Positions 34,401 through 42,283 of a stretch of DNA of 42,283 nt are shown in pieces. Under the pieces are notes generated by a model. It searched no databases. It was not told the origin of the DNA and worked only from the letters and a program-made list of their open reading frames with translations. Origin of the DNA: Chiloscyllium plagiosum (Eukaryota); contig NW_025214598.1 of assembly GCF_004010195.1 (NCBI RefSeq), positions 1 through 42,283 on the forward strand, given 5' to 3'. The position numbers were made by a program, and so were the translations under genes. The number at the start of each line of letters is the position of its first letter. Within the stretch, counting starts at the first letter, position 1.

Positions 34401-37393
34401 GAGAGGGCGCGAGAGAGAGAGGGCGCGAGAGAGAGAGGGCGCGAGAGAGAGAGGGCGCGAGAGAGAGAGGGCGCGAGAGAGAGAGGGCGCGAGAGAGAGA
34501 GGGCGCGAGAGAGAGAGGGCGCGAGAGAGAGAGGGCGCGAGAGAGAGAGGGCGCGAGAGAGAGAGGGCGCGAGAGAGAGAGGGCGCGAGAGAGAGAGGGC
34601 GCGAGAGAGAGAGGGCGCGAGAGAGAGAGGGCGCGAGAGAGAGAGGGCGCGAGAGAGAGAGGGCGCGAGAGAGAGAGGGCGCGAGAGAGAGAGGGCGCGA
34701 GAGAGAGAGGGCGCGAGAGAGAGAGGGCGCGAGAGAGAGAGGGCGCGAGAGAGAGAGGGCGCGAGAGAGAGAGGGCGCGAGAGAGAGAGGGCGCGAGAGA
34801 GAGAGGGCGCGAGAGAGAGAGGGCGCGAGAGAGAGAGGGCGCGAGAGAGAGAGGGCGCGAGAGAGAGAGGGCGCGAGAGAGAGAGGGCGCGAGAGAGAGA
34901 GGGCGCGAGAGAGAGAGGGCGCGAGAGAGAGAGGGCGCGAGAGAGAGAGGGCGCGAGAGAGAGAGGGCGCGAGAGAGAGAGGGCGCGAGAGAGAGAGGGC
35001 GCGAGAGAGAGAGGGCGCGAGAGAGAGAGGGCGCGAGAGAGAGAGGGCGCGAGAGAGAGAGGGCGCGAGAGAGAGAGGGCGCGAGAGAGAGAGGGCGCGA
35101 GAGAGAGAGGGCGCGAGAGAGAGAGGGCGCGAGAGAGAGAGGGCGCGAGAGAGAGAGGGCGCGAGAGAGAGAGGGCGCGAGAGAGAGAGGGCGCGAGAGA
35201 GAGAGGGCGCGAGAGAGAGAGGGCGCGAGAGAGAGAGGGCGCGAGAGAGAGAGGGCGCGAGAGAGAGAGGGCGCGAGAGAGAGAGGGCGCGAGAGAGAGA
35301 GGGCGCGAGAGAGAGAGGGCGCGAGAGAGAGAGGGCGCGAGAGAGAGAGGGCGCGAGAGAGAGAGGGCGCGAGAGAGAGAGGGCGCGAGAGAGAGAGGGC
35401 GCGAGAGAGAGAGGGCGCGAGAGAGAGAGGGCGCGAGAGAGAGAGGGCGCGAGAGAGAGAGGGCGCGAGAGAGAGAGGGCGCGAGAGAGAGAGGGCGCGA
35501 GAGAGAGAGGGCGCGAGAGAGAGAGGGCGCGAGAGAGAGAGGGCGCGAGAGAGAGAGGGCGCGAGAGAGAGAGGGCGCGAGAGAGAGAGGGCGCGAGAGA
35601 GAGAGGGCGCGAGAGAGAGAGGGCGCGAGAGAGAGAGGGCGCGAGAGAGAGAGGGCGCGAGAGAGAGAGGGCGCGAGAGAGAGAGGGCGCGAGAGAGAGA
35701 GGGCGCGAGAGAGAGAGGGCGCGAGAGAGAGAGGGCGCGAGAGAGAGAGGGCGCGAGAGAGAGAGGGCGCGAGAGAGAGAGGGCGCGAGAGAGAGAGGGC
35801 GCGAGAGAGAGAGGGCGCGAGAGAGAGAGGGCGCGAGAGAGAGAGGGCGCGAGAGAGAGAGGGCGCGAGAGAGAGAGGGCGCGAGAGAGAGAGGGCGCGA
35901 GAGAGAGAGGGCGCGAGAGAGAGAGGGCGCGAGAGAGAGAGGGCGCGAGAGAGAGAGGGCGCGAGAGAGAGAGGGCGCGAGAGAGAGAGGGCGCGAGAGA
36001 GAGAGGGCGCGAGAGAGAGAGGGCGCGAGAGAGAGAGGGCGCGAGAGAGAGAGGGCGCGAGAGAGAGAGGGCGCGAGAGAGAGAGGGCGCGAGAGAGAGA
36101 GGGCGCGAGAGAGAGAGGGCGCGAGAGAGAGAGGGCGCGAGAGAGAGAGGGCGCGAGAGAGAGAGGGCGCGAGAGAGAGAGGGCGCGAGAGAGAGAGGGC
36201 GCGAGAGAGAGAGGGCGCGAGAGAGAGAGGGCGCGAGAGAGAGAGGGCGCGAGAGAGAGAGGGCGCGAGAGAGAGAGGGCGCGAGAGAGAGAGGGCGCGA
36301 GAGAGAGAGGGCGCGAGAGAGAGAGGGCGCGAGAGAGAGAGGGCGCGAGAGAGAGAGGGCGCGAGAGAGAGAGGGCGCGAGAGAGAGAGGGCGCGAGAGA
36401 GAGAGGGCGCGAGAGAGAGAGGGCGCGAGAGAGAGAGGGCGCGAGAGAGAGAGGGCGCGAGAGAGAGAGGGCGCGAGAGAGAGAGGGCGCGAGAGAGAGA
36501 GGGCGCGAGAGAGAGAGGGCGCGAGAGAGAGAGGGCGCGAGAGAGAGAGGGCGCGAGAGAGAGAGGGCGCGAGAGAGAGAGGGCGCGAGAGAGAGAGGGC
36601 GCGAGAGAGAGAGGGCGCGAGAGAGAGAGGGCGCGAGAGAGAGAGGGCGCGAGAGAGAGAGGGCGCGAGAGAGAGAGGGCGCGAGAGAGAGAGGGCGCGA
36701 GAGAGAGAGGGCGCGAGAGAGAGAGGGCGCGAGAGAGAGAGGGCGCGAGAGAGAGAGGGCGCGAGAGAGAGAGGGCGCGAGAGAGAGAGGGCGCGAGAGA
36801 GAGAGGGCGCGAGAGAGAGAGGGCGCGAGAGAGAGAGGGCGCGAGAGAGAGAGGGCGCGAGAGAGAGAGGGCGCGAGAGAGAGAGGGCGCGAGAGAGAGA
36901 GGGCGCGAGAGAGAGAGGGCGCGAGAGAGAGAGGGCGCGAGAGAGAGAGGGCGCGAGAGAGAGAGGGCGCGAGAGAGAGAGGGCGCGAGAGAGAGAGGGC
37001 GCGAGAGAGAGAGGGCGCGAGAGAGAGAGGGCGCGAGAGAGAGAGGGCGCGAGAGAGAGAGGGCGCGAGAGAGAGAGGGCGCGAGAGAGAGAGGGCGCGA
37101 GAGAGAGAGGGCGCGAGAGAGAGAGGGCGCGAGAGAGAGAGGGCGCGAGAGAGAGAGGGCGCGAGAGAGAGAGGGCGCGAGAGAGAGAGGGCGCGAGAGA
37201 GAGAGGGCGCGAGAGAGAGAGGGCGCGAGAGAGAGAGGGCGCGAGAGAGAGAGGGCGCGAGAGAGAGAGGGCGCGAGAGAGAGAGGGCGCGAGAGAGAGA
37301 GGGCGCGAGAGAGAGAGGGCGCGAGAGAGAGAGGGCGCGAGAGAGAGAGGGCGCGAGAGAGAGAGGGCGCGAGAGAGAGAGGGCGCGAGAGAG
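1432..37393. repeat. Giant perfect 16-bp tandem array (GGGCGCGAGAGAGAGA)n, about 2,247 copies, about 36 kb
   Basis: The unit starts at 1445 and recurs every 16 bp. (37381-1445)/16 = 2246 full units, plus partial units at both ends. The 4-line (240 bp) print pattern repeats unchanged throughout. Unit = (GG)(GC)2(GA)5, composition 9G/5A/2C/0T. Confidence 0.99.
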
Positions 37394-37502
37394 GCTTATT
37401 GAGTATTGTTGGAGCTGTACCCATCCAGGCAAGTGGGGAGTATTCCATCACACTCCTGACTTGTGCCTTGTAGATGGTGGACAGGCTCTGGGGAGTCAGG
37501 AG
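37394..37502 (-). mobile_element. CR1/L2-group LINE ORF2 fragment (post-RT region), truncated by the array
   Basis: The minus frame reads LLTPQSLSTIYKAQVRSVMEYSPLAWMGTAPTILNK, the LYKxxVRxxLEY motif found downstream of non-LTR RT domains. Confidence 0.85.
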
Positions 37503-37793
37503 TCGTAGGACATGGAAATAGACCCTTCGGTCCAACTCATCCGTGCCGACCATTATCCTAACCTAATCTAGTCCCATTTGCCAGCACTTGGTCCATATCC
37601 CTCTAACCTTCCCTATTTACATACTGAACCAGATGCCTTTTAAATGTTGCAGTTGTACCAGCCTCCACCACTTCCTCTAACAGCTCATTCCATACACACA
37701 CCACCCTCTGCATGAAAAGGTTGCCCTGTAGGTCCCTTTTAAATCTTTCCCCTTTCACCCTGAACCTATTCCCTCTAGTTTTGGATTCTCCCA
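37503..37793 (-). mobile_element. CR1-type LINE 3' fragment
   Basis: ORF 37603..37794 reads GESKTRGNRFRVKGERFKRDLQGNLFMQRVVCVWNELLEEVVEAGTTATFKRHL, the classic CR1 ORF2 C-terminus (TRGH...FFTQRVV..WN.LP). A 3'UTR with GGACCGAAGGGTCT follows. Confidence 0.92.
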
Positions 37794-37821
37794 TTGGAAG
37801 TTGTCCATTACAATTAAGTGG

Positions 37822-38033
37822 TCAGTTACTGCCCCATCCATCTACTCTTGATCGTCACTAAACTGATGGACAGTTCCATCAACAGTGCTATCAAGCAGCA
37901 CCTGCTCAGCAATAACCTGCTCAGTGACGCCCAGTGGGGTTCCGCCAGGACCACTCAGCTCCTGACCTCATTACAACCTTGGTTCAAACATGGACAAACA
38001 AACTGAATTCCAGAGGTGAGGTGAGAGTGACAG
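37822..38033 (+). mobile_element. CR1/L2-group LINE reverse-transcriptase N-terminal fragment (frameshifted)
   Basis: Reads YCPIHLLLIVTKLMDSSINSAIKQHLLSNNLLSDAQ. After a frameshift it continues GFRQDHSAPDLITTLVQTWTNKLNSRGEVRVT. This is the YRPISLL...K..E...Q.GFR pattern of non-LTR RT subdomains 1-2. Confidence 0.9.
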
Positions 38034-38869
38034 TCTCTAGGCACCTCCTCAAACATCTTCATTTGACCCTCCCAGCCCTTGCTGTCAACCTCAACTTAGT
38101 GTAATCTCATACCTGTCCTACACAGTAGCCCTCAATGAATGCTGATCATTAATGCACTCAGCATGTGCCAGTTATCTCATTCATACACCTTGTCTTTCCC
38201 TCCCTGCCTGAAGCAGGGAACACAGAGCACCAGGGAGAGTCAGAGAGCTGGAGGTAGCCCACCAGCCTTCTCCACAGAAAGGGCCACTAGAACTAAACAA
38301 AGGCTCAGCTTGCCTAACCTTAAAAAAAAGGAGAGATGGTGCATTCCAAGATGGTGAGTACCACTCCTCCAAGTCCTCCTGTACCCACAGTGTCAGCAGT
38401 TTGGCTGTGAGTTCACTCCTATGGGGAATCAATGTCCTCATTGACTTCCAAAATGGAAAACTGAGTTGTAAGTAGGACCGAAGGGGATTTATGCACCACC
38501 TGCCTGTGTCTCCTGGTGGTCACCCATTCCCTCTGTTCCTCCAACCCCTTATGCTGCAACATGAACACCTCTGTAAATGTGCTCTCCACGTTAACCCTCA
38601 GCCTCGCAGATACATCACTGGTTCTCCAGCCCTTTCTCGAGCTCTGAAACTCAGAATTCACGTTTCTGCAGCTGGGAACATTGATTGAAATGCAGCTGTC
38701 TAGGACTGGGTCCACAACCCCCCACAAATTACAGGCACACATTCCACTCGACTAAGCTGAGGCTATGAAAATAAATAGGTGTGAAAATTGCACTGTTTTT
38801 ATCATATTATGTTAAAATTCATCCAGTAGAGACCAAATTAAATGTAGATCAAACCAGAGACATTTTGGT

Positions 38870-39296
38870 GTCCATAGCTCTGCACCCATCAACCAACCCG
38901 ATCTTTCAGTTGCCATCCATTTTAATTCCCCCTCCCACTCCCCTGGTGACATCTCCATCCTTTCCCCCTCCACTGTCAGAGTGAGGCCAAATGGAAACTG
39001 GAGGAACATCACCTTATATTTCGCCTGGGAAGATCAAAGCCCAATGGCCTCAACATTGACTTCACCAGCTTTAAACTCCCTCCTCCCCCAGCCTTATCCC
39101 ACATCTAGCCCCACCCCTCTTCCTCATCTCCCTGACCTGACCTGTCCATCTTACTATTCACCTATCCCCTTTCCACTGACCAATCACAACAACCCCCTAC
39201 CATGCCTGAGGAAGGGTTTGACCTGAAATGTTGACTTTCCTGCTCCTCTGATGCTATCTGACTTGTTGTGCTCTTCCAGCTACATAGCTATTGACT
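38870..39296 (+). mobile_element. 5'-truncated Penelope-like insertion (GIY-YIG C-terminus plus pLTR) with a 13-bp TSD
   Basis: Frameshifted peptide NQPDLSVAIHFNSP...LHCQSEAKWKLEEHHLIFRLGRSKPNGLNIDFTSFK matches the PLE endonuclease end (E...I..L.T..P.GLN). A C-rich UTR and hammerhead motif follow. Flanked by GAGACATTTTGGT at 38857-38869 and 39297-39309. Confidence 0.88.
39203..39236 (+). ncRNA. Minimal hammerhead ribozyme motif (partly degenerate)
   Basis: CTGAGGA(39206-39212)-AGG-gtttga-CCT-GAAA(39225-39228)-T-GTT. The core boxes are intact, but stem I pairs poorly. Confidence 0.6.
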
Positions 39297-39556
39297 GAGA
39301 CATTTTGGTAATTGGCTGACAGGTAGAAGACAGTGAGCAGAGATAAAGGTGCTGGTCCACAGCCATCAATACTGTAGCTACAGCTTTTCACCAGATACAT
39401 TACTGACATGGATTATAGTTTAGAGAGCCTTACTCTGTAAGTTTCCAGATGATGACATGTTAGCAGTCGCAATACGTATTGTGGTTGCAAAGAAATGTAG
39501 ATTCAATGAGTGGGTAAAACCATAGCAAATGGATCTGAGACGCACAAACTGGAGTA

Positions 39557-39724
39557 GAAAAATGTGGTGCTGGAAAAACACAGCAGGCCACGCAGCAGCT
39601 GAGGAGCAGGAGAATCAACGTTTCGATTCTCCTGCTCCTCAGCTGCTGCGTGTCCTGCTGTGTTTTTCCAGCACCACATTTTTCAACTCTGGTCTCCAGC
39701 ATCTGCAGTCCTCACTTTCTCCTA
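39557..39724. mobile_element. Fold-back Penelope-like pLTR fragment: 60-bp inverted repeat plus tail, flanked by a 16-bp direct repeat
   Basis: Arms 39557-39616 and 39625-39684 are reverse complements with 1 mismatch; the loop is AACGTTTC. The right arm resembles the pLTR end at 39233-39280. GCACAAACTGGAGTAG lies at 39542-39557 and 39725-39740. Confidence 0.88.
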
Positions 39725-39849
39725 GCACAAACTGGAGTAGTTTCTAAGTAAATGAAGAGAAACAAGATAGTGTGGAAGAGCAAAGAAACATGGGGTGCCC
39801 AAGTACATGCTGGGACATCAGTGAAAAGGAAAGGTCTGATATTTGTTGG

Positions 39850-39946
39850 CAGAATCGGAAATTGTTGGAAAAGCTCAGCAGGTCTGGCAGCATCTGTAGA
39901 GAGAAATCAAAGTTAACATTTCGGGTCCAGTGACCCTTCCTCAGAA
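39850..39946 (-). mobile_element. About 97-bp Penelope-like pLTR terminal fragment with a 14-bp TSD
   Basis: Minus strand: hammerhead motif, then ...GATGCTGCCAGACCTGCTGAGCTTTTCCA, similar to the other pLTR ends here. Flanked by CTGATATTTGTTGG (39836-39849) and CTGATATGTGTTGG (39947-39960). Confidence 0.85.
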
Positions 39947-39948
39947 CT
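39911..39948 (-). ncRNA. Minimal type I hammerhead ribozyme motif (best-preserved copy)
   Basis: Minus strand: AGTT-CTGAGGA-A-GGGTC-actg-GACCC-GAAA-T-GTT-AACT. Stem I is AGTT/AACT, stem II is a perfect 5 bp, and the CUGANGA and GAAA boxes are intact. Stem III is vestigial. Confidence 0.75.
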
Positions 39949-40846
39949 GATATGTGTTGGTCTTTATCTCAAGGGTGGCCAGAATACAAAAGGTAGGAAT
40001 GAAGCTGCAGTTGTAGAGAAGCGTTCCTCAGTAACCTGCAGAAAGATATTGTCTATTGGACATTGTAAGTAAGGAAGGTTATACAGTCCTGGCCACACAG
40101 AGACGACGTTGCGGATTCACCAGAACGACACCAGGAATCAAAGGATGGGTAACATGAATTTGATTTGTATTCTCCTGAGTTTAGAAAGTTGGTGGTGAAC
40201 TAATTGGTGTTTAAAATGGCGAAAGGGCATTAATAGAGTAGATATTGGGAAACTATTTCCCTTGATGGAGAAATCAAAGGGGGTTACAATTTGAAAATAA
40301 CAGCTAAACCATTCCGGAGGTAAACCAGGAACAGTTTTCTTTACAAAAGCTAGTGCTGTGATGATCTTGTCCAAAGCCCTGTGGTGCTGGGGATCATTTG
40401 AATGTTTTTTTTGCAAGACTGAGGTCAATAGCTCTTTCAGTAAAAAAGGGTACTAAGGCATATGTATGAACTGCGTGAGTGAGTTAAGGTGCAGTTCGGT
40501 CATAGACTGATGGAAACTGGAACAGGTTTAAGATCTGCATGGTGTACTTCTGTTCCTATACAGCTCTTACCGGGTGCAGTGAGCAAGCCTATTGGGAGAA
40601 ATGAAATATTAAACTGGTGTGTGCTTTTCAGGCTAAGTAGCCACACATGGAGCCTCATACAGGTGCGAGATTTAACTTCGGGTAACAGAAAGGTTTGGGT
40701 CGGGTAGGAAACTAAAGCATTGAAATTCTGAATCCCATCCAAAGCTGCCTTGAGTCCATTTACGGTTGGTGCTAACTAAGACCGAACAGAGGCTGGGTAA
40801 CTAAACCGATTCCAGGAGCTGGGTTGGCACTTTATACTTATAATGG

Positions 40847-41081
40847 GAGTGTAGATCTGTGGAATTCTCTCCCACAGGAAGCTTGGGGGCCAGGCCATTA
40901 GGTATATTCAAGAGGGAGGGAACTGGATGTGGCTTGTGCGGCTAAAGGGATCAAAAGGTATGGAGAGAAAGTGGGAGAGGCATACTGAGTTTGCATGATC
41001 GGCCAGCATTGTGCTGAATGGTGGTGCAGGCTCGAAGGGCTGAATGGCCTACTCCTGCACCTATTTTTGATGTTTCTATGT
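40847..41081 (+). mobile_element. CR1-type LINE 3' end
   Basis: DLWNSLPQEA motif, then a 3'UTR GCAGGCTCGAAGGGCTGAATGGCCTACTCCTGCACCTAT and a TGTTTCTATG tail, typical of CR1 3' termini. Confidence 0.88.
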
Positions 41082-41806
41082 GAACCTCTTCATTATTTTA
41101 AGATTATAAAGTTGACTTTAGACGTCTAGCGAAACCTAGCAGCTAAACCAGGCCACTGCCAGATCCAGGAGGTGAGTGCTTTTTCACTTACCAGTTAGAT
41201 GTAATGTTTTTACCAAGGCAATCCCTCCTGATCAGATACCTCTAGGTACCTGGACACTTCCCCACCTTTCTACATCACTCTTGTAACCTTCCCTACAAGA
41301 CGTCTTGCTCCTTTTTATCTCTCACTACAAGGCCACCAAGATCTCCCAGACCTGCCATCCCCCCAATCCATTTCCACCCTTCTCTTGACGGTCTCAAAAG
41401 CTGACCCCACTCCGGGGTCAGCATGACAGAGATCAGAGATCTAGCTCTTAAGCTCAGCTCAAAGGCCTTGTCATGACCTTATCCATGGCTTGAACCTTGG
41501 GTTGTACAAGAGCTGTTATTACAAAAGATTGAAAATTTTCCACAGAAAAGCAATGGAACTTAATGTAAACTATTCAACCTTTTATATAGGTCCAGAAAAC
41601 AACAAAGCTATTGACATCTCCATGAAAACGTGAGAGATCTCCAGTGTTCTTTTATGACAATAGTTATAGCTTTACAGAGATAGACCATGTTCCAAGTACT
41701 TAAGACATTATGTTTTTAACAGTGGGTTTTATATGCATGACATGGAACCTGTTCTATCTCTCCATCTTGATCACTAACAAACTGGCTGGCTTTGTGTACA
41801 ATACTT

Positions 41807-42283
41807 ACATAGAACATAGAAAAATACAGCGCAGTACATGCCCTTTGGCCCTCGATGTTGCGCCGATCCAAGCCCACCTAACCTACACTAGCCCACTATC
41901 CTCCATGTGCCTATCCAATGCCCGTTTAAATGCCCATAAAGAGGGAGAGTCCACCACTGCTACTGGCAGGGCATTCCATGAACTCACAACTCGCTGAGTA
42001 AAGAATCTACCCCTAACATCTGTCCTATACCTACCACCCCTTAATTTAAAGCTATGCCCCTTTGTAATATTGTAATAGCTGACTCCATACGTGGAAAAAG
42101 GTTCTCATGGTCAACCCTATCTAAACCCCTAATCATCTTGTACACCTCTATCAAGTCACCCCTAAACCTTTTTTTCTCCAATGAAAGCAGCCCCAAGTGC
42201 CTCAGCCTTTCCTCATACGATCTTCCTACCATACCAGGCAACATCCTGGTAAACCTCCTCTGCACCCGTTCCAGTGCCTCCAC
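41807..42283 (-). mobile_element. CR1-type LINE 3' portion (continues beyond the window), frameshifted
   Basis: Reads EALERVQRRFTRMLPGMVGRSYEERLRHLGLLSLEKKRFRGDLIEVYKMIRGLDRVD, then after a frameshift GHSFKLRGGRYRTDVRGRFFTQRVVSSWNALP. The frameshift coincides with a TTGTAATA duplication at 42062-42077. Tail is (TCTATGT)n. Confidence 0.95.

Larger units (their letters stand above)
39310..40560 (+). mobile_element. Old, heavily decayed CR1-type LINE (RT core to 3' end), interrupted by two PLE-derived insertions
   Basis: Colinear relic motifs: WLTGRRQ, QLFTRYITDMD (~QLFTIYINDLD), KFPDD (~KFADD), LQRNVD, RFTRTTPGIKG, RVDIGKLFPLMEKS. It ends in TACTTCTGTTCCTAT. Many indels and stops; boundaries approximate. 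Confidence 0.75.

Noticed and set aside
1432..37393. CRISPR array or telomeric repeat
   Set aside because: There are no spacers or cas genes and the context is eukaryotic. The unit is unlike TTAGGG and the array is flanked on both sides.
1113..37553. Three ~12,000-aa ORFs as giant protein genes
   Set aside because: Openness is forced by base composition. There is no synonymous variation, the period is not a multiple of 3, and the ORF ends are LINE relics.
38040..38850. Short ORFs or a possible exon or DNA-transposon relic
   Set aside because: No recognisable motif, terminal repeat or consistent exon structure; left unannotated.
39460..39747. Overlapping antisense ORFs (80 and 72 aa)
   Set aside because: They are products of the inverted repeat, with no protein-family signal.
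41165..41180. Splice-donor-like GAG/GTGAGT
   Set aside because: No convincing upstream acceptor or coding exon; such motifs are common by chance.
41400..41422. Hairpin GCTGACCCC-actcc-GGGGTCAGC
   Set aside because: An isolated 9-bp stem with no supporting context; could be chance.

Overview
Eukaryotic repeat-rich DNA with no host gene I can support. About 85% of the window is one uninterrupted 16-bp tandem array, (GGGCGCGAGAGAGAGA)n. It has 2,246 full units at 1445-37380, and exact 16-bp periodicity runs from 1432 to 37393; I saw no variant unit by eye. The three ~12,000-aa ORFs are by-products: the + strand has no T and the - strand has no A, so no stop codon is possible. The left edge has a 129-bp tandem duplication and precursor-like variant units (GGTCGCGAGAGAGAGA). 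Both flanks are mosaics of decayed retroelements: CR1-type LINE 3' fragments, fragments of a second CR1/L2-group LINE, and Penelope-like elements (GIY-YIG endonuclease remnants and pLTR ends). Several Penelope-like pieces carry minimal hammerhead-ribozyme motifs and target-site duplications, and one forms a 60-bp near-perfect fold-back. The repeat complement resembles cartilaginous-fish (shark) genomes (inference from recalled similarity, not searched). Whether the array's length and purity are biological or an assembly artefact cannot be decided from this sequence.
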